A DNA stretch of 63,958 bases, the filler included, from Diploschistes diacapsis (lineage: Eukaryota), in assembly GCA_023645945.1 (NCBI GenBank). It is 19 parts of 19 records of this genome, joined end to end, with 100 filler letters (N's around TTAATTAATTAA, not from the genome) between each part and the next. Parts side by side here need not be neighbours in the genome. Positions count along the whole stretch, not along the records: positions 9,539 to 29,911 come from JALAIB010000346.1; 18 more parts are not named here. One strand, 5' to 3'. The stretch's first letter is position 1, and each line of letters opens with the position of its first letter. A model generated the notes under the pieces. That model was not told the DNA's origin. It saw only the letters and a list, made by a program, of their open reading frames with translations, and did not search any database. The position numbers were made by a program, and so were the translations under genes. Shown piece after piece: positions 10,261-23,255 of this stretch.

Positions 10261-12003
10261 ATGCAGACCTTTCTTGACCAACTTCTCAATGGTCTCTCCT
10301 TTGCCATCTTAATAATCTTGTCAAAGTTCTTCTGGAATTATTTGAGATCACCGCTCAAATCATTCCCTGGCGAGTGGTCCACCAGATTCACCAATGCCTG
10401 GAGATTCTTTGACGTCTGGGCCGAACATCCTGAAATCACTCATATCAACCTTCACAAGCAACATGGGTCTGCTGTGCGCATGGGTCCCAACATTGTGAGC
10501 CTGTCTGATCCAGGATTAATCGGTAAGGTTTTCTCAACGCGGAGTCCTTGGAAGAAGGTATGCAATCCAAGTGCTCGACTGGTTTCTGACGGAGCTGATC
10601 CGATGTAGAGCTTGATGACCACTCCTAACGACGCCGTGGTCAATGGGCAAAGAGTCTCTAATCTGTTTTCTATCCGCGATGAAGGCTGGCACAGCCGCTC
10701 AATCAAGCCGATCAGAGGCTTGTACAACATGACCAAAGTTCTGGACATGGAAGCACACGTAAACAGGACTCTGGAGCACTTTATGAGCGTACTGGAAGAG
10801 AGATTCATAAAGGGCGCAAAGTCGAGCAAACCAGTGGACATGGCTGAGTACATACCCTTCTGTGAGAGGACCACCCTCTAGCGTCACCAATATTCTAATC
10901 AATCGTAGTCGCTTGGGACTCCATGGGTACCATGACCTTTGGCAAGTCTTACGGCATGCTTGCAAGCGGTAAAGATGCTGGCGACCTCATTTCAACCTCA
11001 ACTCGAGGTTTGGCATACTTTGCGCCTGTGAGAATCGCTTCGACAGTCTGGAGCACCTGGAACCAAGGCTAATTCGATTCAGGTATCTCAGGTACCGAGC
11101 CTCGACCTTGTGCTTGACAAAAATCCCGTGAAGCGCATTGGACCGCCATCGTTCACGCGGGCAACGGTACAATCCTATCAGGTGGTCGCCACGCGTCAAA
11201 CAGAGCCTGACCACTGTACTTCACTGCGCGACTCAGATTTCTTGGGCAAATTCTTGCAAATTAAGAAAGAAAGCCCTGATGTTGTGGACGACAATATGGT
11301 GGTGACCTACCTTCTCACCAACGTCCTCGCTGGAAGTGACACAACAGCAATCTATTCATGCGCTGCTCTTTATTATATACTGAAGACCCCTGGGGTACTA
11401 GAGAAAATTAAGAAGGAGCTTGATCCTCAAAGAATAAGCTTACCTGCTAGCTGGAGAGCAACACAAGAGCTGCCGTACTTTGACGCCGTCATGAAAGAAG
11501 CGGCGAGAATACACCCAGGAGTGGGCTTGATGCTCGAGCGCATAGTTCCTGAAGGTGGCTTCACGCTCCCTGATGGGAAGTATCTCCCTGAAGGAACCAT
11601 TGTGGGCATGAACCCGTGGGTCATCAACCGAAATGAGGAATACTTTGGAAAAGACACAGACAAGTTCATTCCTGGCCGATGGCTTCAGCAAAAAGGAGAG
11701 TCGCGAGAGGCCTTCACCGAGCGGAGGAATCTGATGAAGGCCGGAGATTTGACCTTTGGAGCAGGGTCGAGGATCTGCTTAGGGAAGAACCTGGCCATTA
11801 TGACAGCCTACAAGTTGATCGCCACGCTCTTCACAAAGTATGAGGTTGGTTCCGCTATCAAGCCCACTGCCATCCAGCAAGTTGCTAACTATTAGATCAA
11901 GATCTCCCTCGTCAATCCTGAGAAAGACTGGACGTATCGGAACCTTTGGTTCATGTACCAGCAGGACATCCAAGTGGAGTTGAGTGCAAGAACCATTGTA
12001 TGA
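10261..12003 (+). CDS. Cytochrome P450 monooxygenase (pisatin demethylase-like clan)
   Basis: Exons about 10261-10557, 10609-10861, 10909-11027, 11083-11844 and 11896-12003, all with GT-AG introns. N-terminal TM anchor, I-helix AGSDTT, EAARIHP (ExxR), FIPGRW and heme motif FGAGSRICLG. Confidence 0.95.
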
Positions 12004-14077
12004 CAACCTTGTCCTGTATTTTGAAAATTTTAGATGTGACAACGTGATATTATAATGCCTACCCATCTTACCTAGCCCTATGTGCGGCACGTGATTTAGC
12101 AGGCTTTGTTACCGATTCAAGGATCTTGCCTCTCGGTCTTTGAAATGCATCATCCGACAGAAATCAAAGTTACCAACTTTGGTCTTGGGACAGTGGTTTT
12201 CCGATAACCATTTGATACAAAAGTTTGATACCAAGACCTAGCCGGACTCTATCGACAACCATTGCGTGTGCTTCATTGGATAAGAAAGCAATCCAAATCC
12301 CAAAACGAATAACTATCAATTTGGGAGCAGAGCAATGACTCTCATCCACCTTGACGAGCAGAATCTCGCTTTCCCGACCAATGTGATGAGCTCAGCATAA
12401 GCCCACCGCACAGCATGGATCGGTCAGCGGATCTTGACAGATCTGCTGCTATCTTGGTAACCGCCCCTCCCGCACGTGTCCATAAGCTGACGTGAGAGGA
12501 GATATCGCAATGAGAGGGAAGGCGATGTAAACGGTAGAGCATGAAAATGGGGCTCATCGGGGGTGGAACGACAGAGCAACACGCCAGACAGACATACAGA
12601 CAAAGAAAAAGGTTAGAACAAGTGAAGAAAACACAACACCGCCCGGAAACCTCGGCACCCTAGCCTCCACGCCGCCAGAGGCACGGGGCGGCATGTCCTC
12701 TCCGCCACCTGCAGCATCGGAACCTCTTCCCCTACTCCGTGCTTCCACCCGCAGAGCCCGAGGAAGGGCAAAGTAGACGGACCCCGTCCATTGTTCACAG
12801 CCCGCTTTCCACATGTTTCACGTGCCCGTTGCCTCCGCCCGGATGCCTTATCCCCCATCAGCGCGTGCCGCCCCGGTGCGTTCGGTGCGGTCGCATTTAC
12901 TTACCCGGTGCCTATGCGTGTGCACGAAAGCGTGGAGTGGCGTGGCGTGCACATGAAACGTGGTTTTGGAGTCGGAGTGGGTGGGTGGGTGGACTGCGTA
13001 GGAATATGTCAGCGATGCCGGCGATTGCGCTGTGTATTTGGGGGGAGTCGGTGGGGAAGAGAGTGGGTAATGGGGGAGCTTTGGGTGGTATGGATCTTCC
13101 CAACAAGTGGTGGGTAGACGAGAGGGGAAAAGCGGAATTACAACGTAGTATACCAGGGAAGAGAGAGAGAAAGATAAGAAGGGATAGGGTAGTGTAAGTG
13201 TATGATAATGCATAATACCTATTACCTGCATGCAGACAAGCGAATCGGAGAGCTCCAGCGTTACATCGATAGTTAGTCGAAGCTGAGAAGTTCAATCTTA
13301 ACGTAGGAGCCGGAAAAAGGCCGGGCATACAAGACGCATGCATGGATGCGTACTAGAATCTATCTGGCATGCGTTGATAGGGAAACACTTACCTTTCGCA
13401 CACAATAGTTCAAAGGTCCATACCCTCTTCCGTTTACATCAGCACCACGGAACTCCTCTTTTTTTTTAGAGGACCGAAAGACATAAAGGCCAGCAAGAAG
13501 AAGGTCGCAAGACAAATGCACACAAACACACAACGAGAACAAAGCAGGAAAAGAACAGGCAAAACAAGTAAAACCGATACACACACGAACGCAAAAGCAG
13601 CCAAATCCAGCCACATGGACTCAATTTCGGTCCCTCCAAGCCCTAGGTTCTTCCCCTTGGGCTCTTGAACTTCCTCACCACAACCCCTATCTCTCGATCG
13701 AGCACCTACCTTCGCACCATAGAGGGCACCACATGGCCTCATATACCTCACCCAACCCCCACACTAGTACTTCTCATACCACTTTCACGCCCACGCATAG
13801 ACCCTCAAACCCCCAACCCTCCGCGCCGCCGTCCACGTTTCAGCGAACGACTTGCGCAACCACACGCGACCTGATGTAGGGCATGCAAGCTTGAGACGCA
13901 TGTGATGTGTGCTAACAGACACTGGACACAAAATAAGACGTAAGCAATAGGAAATGGCAATTGCAACACAAAGGAAAAGGGTGAGGCGTGAGGGTGGAGC
14001 AGCTTCGAGGGTATCAGAGAACATTGGTGATGGCGGCGTCAGTTGTGGCGATGGGTGGTAGTGATGCTTTTTGGTCA

Positions 14078-14108
14078 CGGTGGTGGTGGTGGTGGTGGTG
14101 GTGGCGGT
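14078..14108. repeat. (GGT)n microsatellite
   Basis: GGTGGTGGT run of about 9 units. Confidence 0.9.
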
Positions 14109-15332
14109 ATTCGTGAAGGTGGCATTACCGAGGCTGCCACCGATGAGGGTGTCATCAATGAAGGTGCCTCTCTGCAGAATTTTCCTCTACTCCCCGCACA
14201 AGTAAATGTTGGGAGCAATCAACCACAGAAATGCGAGTAAACTTCTGCTAGGCCTTCTCGGTGGCTGCGGTGTTAGAACCACTGCGTTGCACAGGTGATG
14301 CGGCGGCACTTAGTCAGGGCAATCATTCAAACTGTAATACTTAACCACAAGTCAGCCATATGATGGTAGTACGCGGGCATTCAGATAGCAAAGCAATCGC
14401 ATCTCGTGTCGCGCCCTAGTATATGTATATACATACCGCAGAAGAGAATATTGCTCGGGTAAATGACCAATCCAACAGGTAGGCTGACGGAAGGTCAACA
14501 TGTCTCTGGTGCCATTCCTGATACATTTCTGTGAGTAAGGGTGCAGAAGTGGTGTGGTAGCGATTAGCAAGGCGGCGGAGCGGCATGGCAACATGGCGCG
14601 AATGCGACGTTAAGTGGGAACATCAATAGGGGCTAGGGATGGGTGCTAGTGCGTGCTAGAAAGAGTAATGGGTGGTGTGGGGGCGGTATGAAATGAATTT
14701 GCAGAGGTCGAAGAATGGTGGCAGGAGAGAACGAAGAGGTTCAGGAGAGAGAAGTTGTGTAGGCGCTAATAGTGCCCTTGCGTTGCGCTTCCCGCTGAGA
14801 GCTGTTTGGTCGAAAGTAAGGAGGATGCTGTACTGCGTAGGACCCTCGGCCGGCTGCACAGATCAACAACAGCCATGGAATATGCCCGCAGGCTGGAGAG
14901 AGAAAAAAAATAGTGGATAGATTGACAAAGAAAGGGAAGAATCTGCTGCTATACGTAAGCCCTGCAATGCTGTAAACGCCTTCGCCCCGCCTCTTGCGCT
15001 TCTAGAGCGACAACATCATGCTAATGTTGAAAACACTTCAAATGTCCGGTAAGAATCTCTCTCTCCTCCTCTCCCTCCTGTAGAGGTTTGACCCGGAAAT
15101 GACATCAACTCCAACAGCTATTCAACAGTATGCGCGCGTCCAGTAAGATAGGTAGATGAGAGAGCTGCTCAAGGTGCGAGAACGTGACCGACTCCTGACT
15201 CTTTTTGAACGCCTGGCCTTGCTTAAATCGATTCGAGGTCTCGAAGCTTTGCGAGATTTTGGTGGTATCATTTTTGCTACTCTCTTCGTTCCGTCCGTGT
15301 ACCGATCTCTTCCCTAGATCGATTCCCCGTCC

Positions 15333-16170
15333 CTACATTATCGTACACTTTCCGCAGCATCCGGCTGGTTGCTCCTCTTCGCCCATGTCAATGGGCATCT
15401 TGGGCCCATTGGGACCGCCGCCGACTCCGCCTGGCACGGTCATTTCCTTGTTGTACCGGCGGATCTCCCGGACAATGTCGTAGAAGGCGTTGTCGACGTT
15501 TGTTCGAGTTTTAGCGGAGGTCTCAATAAACTTGCAGCCCATGCTTCGCGCTAACGATTCTCCTTCTAACATCGTAATCAGTAAATTGGTCCGTATTTCC
15601 TGCCCGCATACTGCGCACCTTGTTTTGTAACCTCCCTCTCAGCTTCTAGATCGCACTTGTTGCCGACGATGATAATCGGAAAGTAATCTCGATCCTTCAC
15701 CCGTAGAATCTGTTGTTGAAATTGCTGGATCTCTTCGAAGCTTTGACGTGATGTGATAGAGTAGACGAGTAGGAAGCCTTCACCCGTTCGCATGTACTGT
15801 TCGCGCATAGCAGAGTATTCTTCTTGCCCGGCTGTATCCAGAACATCAAGCAGAGCGACTTCGTCGTCGATCACGCATTGCTTGCGATATGAATCTGAAG
15901 CGATATAAGCTTTTTTGATATTGTAGTTACTGGCCAAGAGAACTTGTCGCACCTTCAATTGTCGGATCGTATTCGTCGACGAAATGGCTCTGTATCAATT
16001 GGATCGTAAGACATGACTTTCCCACGCTGCCTCCTCCAACGACAACAAGCTTGTATTCTCGCAGGAACTACATTTATGGTGACCCATGTCAGCAAGCTCA
16101 GCTCCCTGCTCGGCCAAGGCGGAACAAGGGCGGCGAAGGGGTCTGCCGTGGGACATACTTTTGAAGCCAT
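15333..16170 (-). CDS. RAS1: Ras GTPase (Ras1/RasA orthologue)
   Basis: Exons 16170-16159, 16067-15953, 15894-15619 and 15565-15333. Motifs: [40 protein letters not shown] and C-terminal GCCGKCTIM (palmitoylation cysteines plus CaaX). Confidence 0.98.
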
Positions 16171-17913
16171 TGCGCGTCTTCCAGGAACTGTAGCTCGAAA
16201 AGCGTATTGCGTTTGAGGGGGAGATTGGCTGTAGGTTCAGGATGACAGTGAATGCTAAGGAGGAATAAGGAAGTAACAATCCGGGATCTGTAATCCAGAA
16301 GGAGAGAAGCGGCGTGGAATGGAACCAGGTGCCTGCGGCCGGAAAACGGGTGAGTGAGGACCAAAGTTGCAGTGACTTAGAGCTTGGCCAGACCCGAGCC
16401 TACGATTGCCACTTACAACGTAGTCTAGAAGTGCTGAAGAATGCTGGTTACTAGTTTGAACAATACACAGTGGACTGCTATAGCTAATAGTGTTGAACGA
16501 AAGCCGGTAGTAAAGAATCACAGCCTCGGTGCAACTGGTTTTTTTTGCCGAAGGGTTTTCACGGCCACCTAAAAATTTGCTTCTTGCATTATTAGCTCTA
16601 CAATAGTCTTCTGCTCCTCGTCTCTTCTATCTACACCTTTCGTAACTACTTGCGTTGTCTCTCCGCCACATATGCTTGGGCTGCAGCTCTACGTTGCTGT
16701 CTGTTCCCATTTCCAGCAGTTGGCGTCCTCCTGGCAGAGCGCCTCTTGCCTGATCTCCTCTACCATAGGCTCCCGACATGAAGCGCCATGCAGCCCGGCC
16801 GTATTCGATAGTATCCTAGACGAGAAGAGCTATGGAAGAGCTTCCTAAATACGCGCACAGAGGACCCGCCTTACGAATTGAGGTTCTTTGCTTGGTCTGA
16901 GTGCCACGACTCACAATCGAACCGTTATCGAGCACCCGAGCGCCTCCCCCCTAGAAAAGGAAAATGTGGTGGTGTGCTACATTGAGATCACTCCTGGCGC
17001 TTATCCGCTTTTTCCAACCACTTGGTCTCGGGACTGCCTCAGATCTTAAAGGGACGTATGGGGTGTGATTCGAGGAAGCAGAGTTCTTCAGGCTGCAAGA
17101 ATAACCTGCCAAATGCTTTGCGTGGTGGAAGTCTACATGTTGTCTCCATAATTGGGGCGCTACGCCAGGCATTACGCGCGCCACATCTGTACCAAGACAT
17201 AGTTCTAGAGATGGTGGTCGAACCGATACCAAAGCAAAGGTCAATTGGAGGTTGGAGTGAGCAATCGGCGACTTGTGTGAACGCTTGACAGGATCATGGA
17301 TTCATGCTAAAGCCTTGAACTGTGCTCGAGTATACGATAGAAGATGAAATCGAAAGGGGTGAAGAAGAACCTTGAGTAGAATAGCTATGTTCTGTACATT
17401 TAACATTAATGGTCTTGTCTAGGTGCCTACAAGGTGTCCAAAAAAAGAACAGGAGATGGTGGCCGGGCGGGCGCCTTGCACGTGTTCATAAATGCATGCG
17501 GGTGAGGAACTTTTGGCCTAACAGGGTCCAGGCGAATGCAGTACTACCTAGGTACACTGCTGTTATCAGAACGTCTCATGCAATCAAGACATCAATGTTG
17601 GGAATGAACTGCATTCATTGATGGGAAACTACTTCAATCAGTAGAGACCCCTTGGTGCGCCTATATTCCCCCCCTCCCCTCCTCATTCGCAAGGTTTAAC
17701 CTCCCGAGCCCTGCTCGTTTCCCTATTGCACTAATGGCTCGTCCTATATCATTGCAATCATGACTCACATTATATAAAGTCCCCTAAAGTGAGCGCAGAC
17801 TACATGTGAAACCATGCCAATGCTGCCCAACTACGCCCTGCTTCTCCTCCAGCTGCCTGCGATATATTCCATCCTTTTCTTGATTCCGCCCCATGTTCCC
17901 TCATTTCCCGCTC

Positions 17914-18411
17914 ATTCAAACGATAATCCTAAGCGAGAAATTAACGTCGTACCGAGAAGAAGGGTATTTCAAAGCGTTACATACCCAATTTTGGACCCTG
18001 ACGCACTGTGTCGTCTTCCCATCCGTCTCGTTTGCCAGTACTTGTGTACATGCTCCGGCTGTGCCCTTAGTGTCGGCTATGTAGAGGCAGGTACCGCAGG
18101 CCCCATCCTAGACTGCTCCGCTTCCATTACCATTACTCCCCTGCGTGCAGCACCTCCGGACCGTAGGTGCTGAAGTCCAACTGTTCGTGACCTTGCAGTT
18201 CGCGTGTAATGATGTATGAGCTAAAGTTGTTGATGGCCAACGAGTTGCCGTAGAAGAATTTTCTATTGTCGGTCCGATGCGATTCTTGTCTCTTCGAAAG
18301 CGTCACGTTATCCGAAGTGGCTTTAAGTTCAACCAACCTGGTCTGACATGCTTCATCCGAAAACGCCCTGAAGCCGAGATTTTGAACTGGAATCGTGGTG
18401 TTGTAAGCCAT
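17914..18411 (-). pseudogene. Probable decayed gene for a small Cys-containing secreted-type protein
   Basis: ORF MAYNTT...SYIITRELQGHEQLDFS stops at 18133. A shifted frame continues after a TAG as DGACGTCLYIADT..CTQV..QCVRV. No usable intron joins the two. It lies next to LTR-derived DNA. Confidence 0.35.
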
Positions 18412-18839
18412 TGACAGGCTATTGTTCCATCAGACACTGGTATTGCCCACCTCATCGCGACGGTAATTGAGAACCCCTGATAATTTTTGATACTGGAAAG
18501 GAGATGGCGTGATCAAGGTCAACACATAATAGGAAAAGTTGCCTCAGTACCCCAGACTACGACCCTGGTACCCTAGTTTAGGCCCTGGCTGGCTGGCTTG
18601 AGACTAAACCACTTTTGGTTAGTCTTCAGCCCTAAACCCTTTCGGGTCAGGCTAATAGCATACTATCGGGAGGTCGGGCAAAACCTGCCACAAGCAAACC
18701 CCAGCAAGCCTAGCAACTTGTTATGATCTCTATCTCCACAAAGTAGACACGAGGTATCGATAAGGTGTTTAATCTTGTAACAAAAGGTGTGGTAAGGTAG
18801 AATAATAAAGTAAATTAATTAATAAATTAAAACTGTCTC

Positions 18840-19208
18840 TGTTGAAAGTGGTGGAAGTTCCTAATAGATAACTGATGACTAAGAGTGTATTCTGCAGCTA
18901 GTCCTAACTAGGAAATAATCCTAGCCTGCCTAGCCTGGTAGCTGACTATTGTTCAATGATTATATTGAAGAGGTTGAAGGTTATAACTAAGAACAATGGA
19001 GGGTGAGAGGCCTTTTATAGGCACATTTCACGCTAGTGTGATTAGTAATAACTTAATCTAGAATGTTCCTTATCCTTCCAAATCATTCCATGCATTAATA
19101 AGTCGAATATTCTATAATCTTCGATAATATTCTATTATTGTTCTAGAAAGAACATGCTAAAAGCTTAATAAGCAATCTGACTAACCTATTTAGGTTAGTA
19201 TTCTGACA
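18840..19208. mobile_element. LTR (family D) upstream of GYP7
   Basis: TGTTGAAAGTGGTGGAAG...TTCTGACA with TG..CA ends. The first ~110 nt are nearly identical to 37400-37520. TA-enriched. No TSD found, and 18540-18839 also looks repeat-derived. Confidence 0.7.
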
Positions 19209-19558
19209 AATACTGGATCTTGTATTAAATTATGTCAAGTTTATGCTGCTCACCCATCTTATTCCGATCTAGCTAGCGCCCCCTGTCTTGTTAGGAGCGG
19301 CCCCTCATCACCGCAAAGCTAATACTCGCCCCACCATTCATAGTTTTACTGTGCACCAGCACCAGCACAACGCAAGCAGCTGACACCATCCAACGTATGT
19401 CTCTCGAACTGGATTCGAGTCTACAGCCATGATCTGACTCGACAGTGTTCCCCAGTAACTGTGAAGTCTGTTCGCGCCTGCAGTCCCGCTTTCCAACCAG
19501 TACCTCTACTTCCGCACCCCATCAACCACAGGCGAGCCGCAGCAGCAGGCAGCACACC

Positions 19559-22127
19559 ATGGCTCCTACTAAGGCCTCTCCGCCCTCTCCTTCGGTCTCA
19601 TTCTACGATCTGAGTGATAATGAAGAAGGAGAGTATAACACCATTATGCATAGCAGCTCTGGCCGCGGTGTCAAGCTGCTGTTCTCAAAGAGCAAGGTAA
19701 AAAGGACCAGATCACTTCTCTTTTACTAGCTAAGTGTGCTAGGTATATGTGCACCCATCTCCTTCGGCGAAAGATAATATACCTGGATATGTTGCCTTAA
19801 TGCAAGAGAAATCCCCCTTGAGTAATGTGGATCAACGTCCATCCTCGTCGTCCTCGCATAAATCCCCGAAACCGTCCTCTTATCTCTTGGCTTGGGTGCC
19901 TGAGCATTCGCTCGAAGATGCTCGAGACGCCTATGTCAAGGTCGAGGCGTCCGATGGCTCGTCGCCGCCGAGAAGGCCCACTCTCATACCCGCTCCACCT
20001 ACATATACCAGATCCAGTAACGATATCGGCACCTACGCGTTTGCTGTACCGGTGAGCGAGATATTCTCTCTGCTCATCAGGCCCCCGAGCCTAGGGTGGT
20101 GGTACGGAAGCATGGTGATCAACACTCGGTCTGGAGACAATTTCCCCGCACTTTTCTTTCACGACGACGAATGTCAATCCACAATACTCCAGAAGAAAAG
20201 GGAGTTGCGTGAGAGCTTCGATCCGTTCGGAGAGCAAGGACAAACATTTTGGGGAGGCGACGAGATACTGAGATGGATCAAGCGTTATGTTAAAGTGGAA
20301 AGATCCGGTGTCGATGCTTCGGTATACCTAGTCGAGCCGAGCACAGAGGACAAAGTAGGATTCGGAGGAAAGCCGGCTTCGGCACATATACCGATGTCGA
20401 ATAACAAGCAGGACGATGGTGGATCTCAAAGCCAAGATGCGGGAATGGATCCGCTCACAAAAGCCTTGAAGCAGGCGCGGTGGGGCTTCTTGGAGAAGAT
20501 GAGCCAGGTCACGACCTTTACAAGGAAGACGGCTGAAAGTCTGTTCGAGAACCAGAATATCCCACCTCAAGTGCGACGCCTGATGAAGAATCCCGAAGTC
20601 CAGACCCTGCAAGAAGAGTTCGATAGTGCGCGAGTTTACCTGGCACGCTGGGCCATGGGAATTGCCGAGCAGAGTGAGCGTGACCGAGCCCAGCGTATCT
20701 GGAGTGCCCACGATGTGCTTGAGCATGAGACGAGTGATGTCGGTGAGTTCGAGATTCTGGATGCCGAGACACTGAATCTAGGAGACAAGAGGAAAGTGGT
20801 GTCTCTACTAGAGTGGAACGGTTTCTTCGACGGACAACAAGGCAAGCTGCAAACAACACCTGATGAAGTTAAAGGTAGGGTGTTCCATGGCGGGTTGAAT
20901 GCCAACGACGGCGTGAGAAAAGAAGCGTGGCTTTTCCTGCTGGGGGTATACGAGTGGGACAGCACGGCGGACGAGCGAAAAGCCATGATGAATAGCAAGC
21001 GAGATGAATTTATTCGGCTGAAAGGCGCCTGGTGGGAAAAGATGGTAGAAGGACACGGTACTCCAGAAGCTGCTGAATGGTGGAAAGAGCAGAAAGGCCG
21101 CATCGGTAAGCGGTCCTTATTGAACATTGGACATGAAGAAAGGCTATCGTTTGACTAACTTGTCCCATCTCTTGGGATCTTGCATGTAGAGAAAGATGTG
21201 CATCGTACCGACCGCCACATCCCACTTTTCGAAGGAGAGGACATTCCACATCCAGACCCCGACTCACCTTTTGCGGAGGCCGGGACTAACGTCCACCTCG
21301 AGCAGATGAAGGATATGTTGCTGACCTACAACGAGTACAACAAGGAGCTCGGCTATGTACAAGGCATGAGCGACCTACTATCCCCTCTCTATGCTGTTAT
21401 GCAGGACGATGCTGTTGCCTTCTGGGGATTTATTAAGTTCATGGATCGCATGGAGCGAAATTTCCTCCGAGACCAGTCTGGCATGAGAGCGCAACTACTA
21501 ACGCTGGATCATCTTATTCAGCTTATGGACCCCAAGTTGTACCTGCATCTTCAATCGGCCGATTCAACCAACTTTTTCTTCTTCTTTCGGATGCTCTTGG
21601 TCTGGTATAAACGGGAATTCGAGTGGACGGACATCCTTCGCTTATGGGAAGGATTGTGGACAGACTACCTCAGCAGCAATTTTCATCTGTTCATTGCACT
21701 AGCCATCCTGGAGAAGCACCGAGATGTCATTCTGACCCACCTAAAGCACTTTGACGAAGTCTTAAAATATGGTGATTCTTCCCCAAACCGTAGTACGGAC
21801 TTACTCTGACTGTAAGCAGTAAATGAACTGTCTGGCACAATAGACTTGGAATCGACTTTGATCCGCGCCGAGAGCCTTTTCCGGCGCTTTCAACGCACAG
21901 TCGAAGCCATTGACAAAAAGAACAACTTCCCAACACCTAACGTGAGACAGCGGCGGCCTGCAAACGATCTGAAGAGCCCGGCAGCCCGGAGTTCGGCAAC
22001 AGACAATTCCTCCCGGAGTGTTTCCGAGAAGGAGAGAACCATCAGTCCTGAGCTGAGAGGACTGTTGAGCAAGAAGATCGAGATCCTGGCCAAGAAAACT
22101 GTTCAACAGCATGGAGGTGGAGTGTAA
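19559..22127 (+). CDS. GYP7: TBC-domain Rab GTPase-activating protein Gyp7
   Basis: Exons 19559-19696, 19743-21105, 21190-21771 and 21820-22127. Motifs: KLLFSKSKVYVHP, FPALFFHDDEC, IEKDVHRTDR (arginine finger), GYVQGMSDLLSP (glutamine finger) and FFFRMLLVWYKREF. Confidence 0.97.
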
Positions 22128-23117
22128 TTAGAGTAATTTCTTTACTCCCGTTTGTTTCTGTTCTCCTACGAGATGCATATTATAGACGTGCCATGGCTGC
22201 TCCAATCGTAGAGCACGTCCTAGACATTACTTTGGCACATCGCTCCGTGCCGACTCTGTGAGTAACTAAGACTGTCTAAACCTGCACTAAAGCCTGGAGC
22301 TCTTCGCCCAAGCTTACCAGGGCACAGTGCCGTCTATGTCGGGATCCCTGACCAAGGAATCAGCCGAGCTCATTGAGGAAGTTCCTATGAAGTGCAACGC
22401 GCAAATGTGGTGCGTCTAGCCACCGACAATCTGGTGAAGAACCTCACGCTGTTGGCAACATGGCTATCCCCCGACCTGCAGTCGCTTGAGTCTGTTCTCC
22501 ATGTTGTTAATGGTTTAAAGGAGAACTCAAAATACAATTTGACTCAGTGCGTCATCGCTGCAAGAAAAGGCTTCATTAATCCTAAGAAGAGACAGTTGTT
22601 TAACCGGAGGCTTTAAGCTTTCTGCTTGTAGGAGTAACATAATGTATCCTTACGTACTTTTGTTACCGGGTTCCTGTATCTAATCTGTATGCGGGATCGG
22701 ACAGAGGAAATGATTTCAAAGTGGCTTTGATGGGCGATGTGCTAGCTTTTGGCTGCTTTTCCTGGAACTCGGAATCCGTGGCGATATGCATAGCGTGACC
22801 ATGAATTATCAGAACAACGGCCGTTGAATTAAGTAGCTAACTAAGCTAGCAACAGGTTTTCGATTGTTGGAACGCGAGACTCGCAGATAAAGGATCACGC
22901 ATGAGCGTGGATAGTAGGTCCGAGAAGAAGGCAAGAGTGTTGGGTTTGGTTTCGCATCTTAAGGTGGTTTAGCATGTAGTTCCTTCAGCTTGTTGGTACT
23001 TGTCTATTCCTTCTTTTCATGATAGTGCAGTTTCACCATCCACGATCTCGCCAAATTCCAAAGCTTCTGAATCCAAGCTTCTATGCTCCCTCTCCCCTTC
23101 CATACCTCAACATAGCT

Positions 23118-23255
23118 ATGCTGGACGACTCACCCAACGAGCTGGTTGACGAGATTATGGAGCTCGTTTAGGATGCTGAGGATCTATGCAATCCCCGCGC
23201 ACCGTGTAAGCGCATCAAATAAAGGGCAGAACGCGTCCTATATCGTCGACGCTAG
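23118..23255 (+). pseudogene. F-box-like gene relic with in-frame stops
   Basis: Translates MLDDSPNELVDEIMELV*DAEDLCNPRAPCKRIK*RAERVLYR, an F-box pattern (LPxEL..I...DLxNLRLxCK...A...LYR) broken by TAG and TAA. Confidence 0.55.
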
